64,000 bases of DNA from Octopus sinensis (lineage: Eukaryota). The notes under the pieces are model-generated. The model did not search any database and was not told where the DNA came from. It saw only the letters and a list, made by a program, of their open reading frames with translations. The stretch is from contig NW_021836179.1 in assembly GCF_006345805.1 (NCBI RefSeq), positions 124,001 to 188,000 of the forward strand, in the 5' to 3' direction. Below, piece after piece: positions 62,130 through 64,000 of this stretch. The position numbers and the translations under genes were made by a program. The number at the start of each line of letters is the position of its first letter. The stretch's first letter is position 1.

Positions 62130-64000
62130 TTATATCGTTGTCAAAATTCATTAAAACACCCAACAGCAAACAATATTTTAAAACCTTTTCACCTGCTGAA
62201 TCATGGCTGCTACCCACCTCTCCTCTCCTCTCTTGCTCTCACAACTCCTTACTCTCTTCACTCCTACCCAAATTCTCTCTTCATTGGTACACCCCACCAC
62301 TCCACATGCACTAGCACTGACTACTTCACAGTACCTATACCACACACCTACACATAACCATCTACACACTCACACATTACAGACACACACACACAAGCGC
62401 ACATCCATACGTCAACGTCACTAACCCCTATACACACACACACACACACATTCTCATATATGCACACACGTCTGTATCTGCATTTTGGGATCACCAATGC
62501 TTTACCTCCCCTTCTTTCTACCTCTCCTGTCATACTTGACCGCTAAATCTTTTTCTTTTCTTTTCTCTCTCTCTCTCTCTGTTTATTTTCTATTTTTCCT
62601 CTCTGCTGAAGAGCATAGGCTTGAAACATAAAAGACTCACTTTCCTGAGTTTGAAACCAATAAACTTACTTGTTGTTCACACACCCGTCTTTGTGTTTTG
62701 CTTTTCTGTAAATTTCAACTATATATACATATATATTTCTTTACTACCCACAAGGGGCTAAACACAGAGGGGACAAACAAGGATAGACAAAGGGATTAAG
62801 TCGATTACATCGACCCCAGTGCGAAACTGGTACTTTATTTATCGACCCCGAAAGGATGAAAGACAAAGTTGACCCGAGTTCAAATTCCGCCGAGGTCGAC
62901 TTTGCTTTTCATCCTTTTGGGGTCAATTAAATAAAGTACCAGTTTCACACTGGGGTCGATGTAATCGACTTAATCCCTTTTGTCTGTCCTTGTTTGGCCC
63001 CTCTGTGTTTAGCCCCCAGCAGCCACGTAAAGAGCACCCACTACACTCACGGAGTGGTTGGCGTTAGGAAGGGCATCCAGCCGTAGAAACATTGCCAGAT
63101 CAGACTGGGCCTGGTGCAGCCTTCTGGCTTCCCAGACCCCAGTTGAACCGTCCAACCCATGCTAGCATGAAAAGCGGATGCTAAATGATGATGATGATGA
63201 TATATATATAGTTGAAATTTGTCCAATGCTAGAGGGACAAACACATACACACACGCACATATATATATACATATATATGACAGACTTCTTTCAGTTTCCG
63301 TCTACCAAATCCACTCACAAGGCATTGGTCAGTCCGAGGCTATAGCAGAAGACACTTGCCCAAGATGCCATGCAGTGGGACTGAACCCGGAACCATGTGG
63401 CTGGTAAGCAAGCAACTTACCACACAGCCACTCCTGCGCCTATGTATATACATATATATGTATGTATATACATATATATGTATGTATATACATATATATG
63501 TATGTATGTACATATATATATACATGCACACATCCAAAAGTGGAGACTTTCAGACAATGAATATTTAAGTTAACTTTGATACTTTTAATTGTACCACTTA
63601 TAAATGCTGATGTGGACAAAGTATTAAGCCATGTCAATTTTATGAAATTGTTAATAGCACCAACCGATCGTAGCCGCTGCCAGACTCCCCTGGCACTTGT
63701 GCCAGTGGCACGTAAGAAGCACCCACTACACTCATGGAGTGGTTGGCGTTAGGAAGGGCATCCAGCTGTAGAAATACTGCCAGATCAGACTGGATTCTGG
63801 TGCAGCCCCTGGCTTCCCAGATCCCCGGTCGAACCATCAACCCGTGCTAGCGCGGAAAACGGATGTTAAACGATGATGATGATGATGAAGCGAACGCTTA
63901 GCAATAATTGGATCCATGGCTGCTTAGAAACTTCTGCTTTTAAATCTTCCAAAATATTCAGGAGTAAAAATAAAAGCAATTCCATTATCATGACAACATG
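61532..64000. repeat. Inverted segmental duplication of 52474-54582 (runs off the window end)
   Basis: The reverse complement is colinear through the ZNF-F 3' half, SINE dimer, SINE-3 and SINE-1 copies; it carries an extra ~340 bp (62177-62515). Confidence 0.92.

Overview
AT-rich eukaryotic genomic DNA, very probably from an octopus; this is inferred from the tRNA-derived SINE families, dense (TA)n/(CA)n microsatellites and clustered effector-less C2H2 genes, not from a database match. The window is a C2H2 zinc-finger gene cluster with nine intact-ORF genes (here ZNF-A to G, with E in three copies; 8-30 fingers each) and one 5'-truncated pseudogene. All but A and F show the same cassette in full (A and F lack a recognisable exon-1 module): a CpG-rich E-box+ETS promoter with a non-coding first exon, a TE-filled intron, a conserved splice acceptor and a ~190-400 nt leader with conserved upstream AUGs, then a single coding exon. 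Most genes sit in head-to-head pairs. Recent structural evolution is readable in the sequence: a triplicated ~8 kb unit whose middle copy is an unequal-crossover hybrid, a 16 x 167 bp satellite grown from a single-copy 3'-flank segment, an inverted duplication of ZNF-F's 3' half, and finger-level duplication and decay. Interspersed DNA consists of four SINE families, CR1/L2- and RTE-clade LINE fragments, MITE/foldback elements and simple repeats. The strongest candidates for undescribed biology are the position-locked uORF in front of the ZNF start codons, amino-acid changes concentrated at DNA-contact positions among the newest copies, and long hairpins in or near ZNF transcripts.
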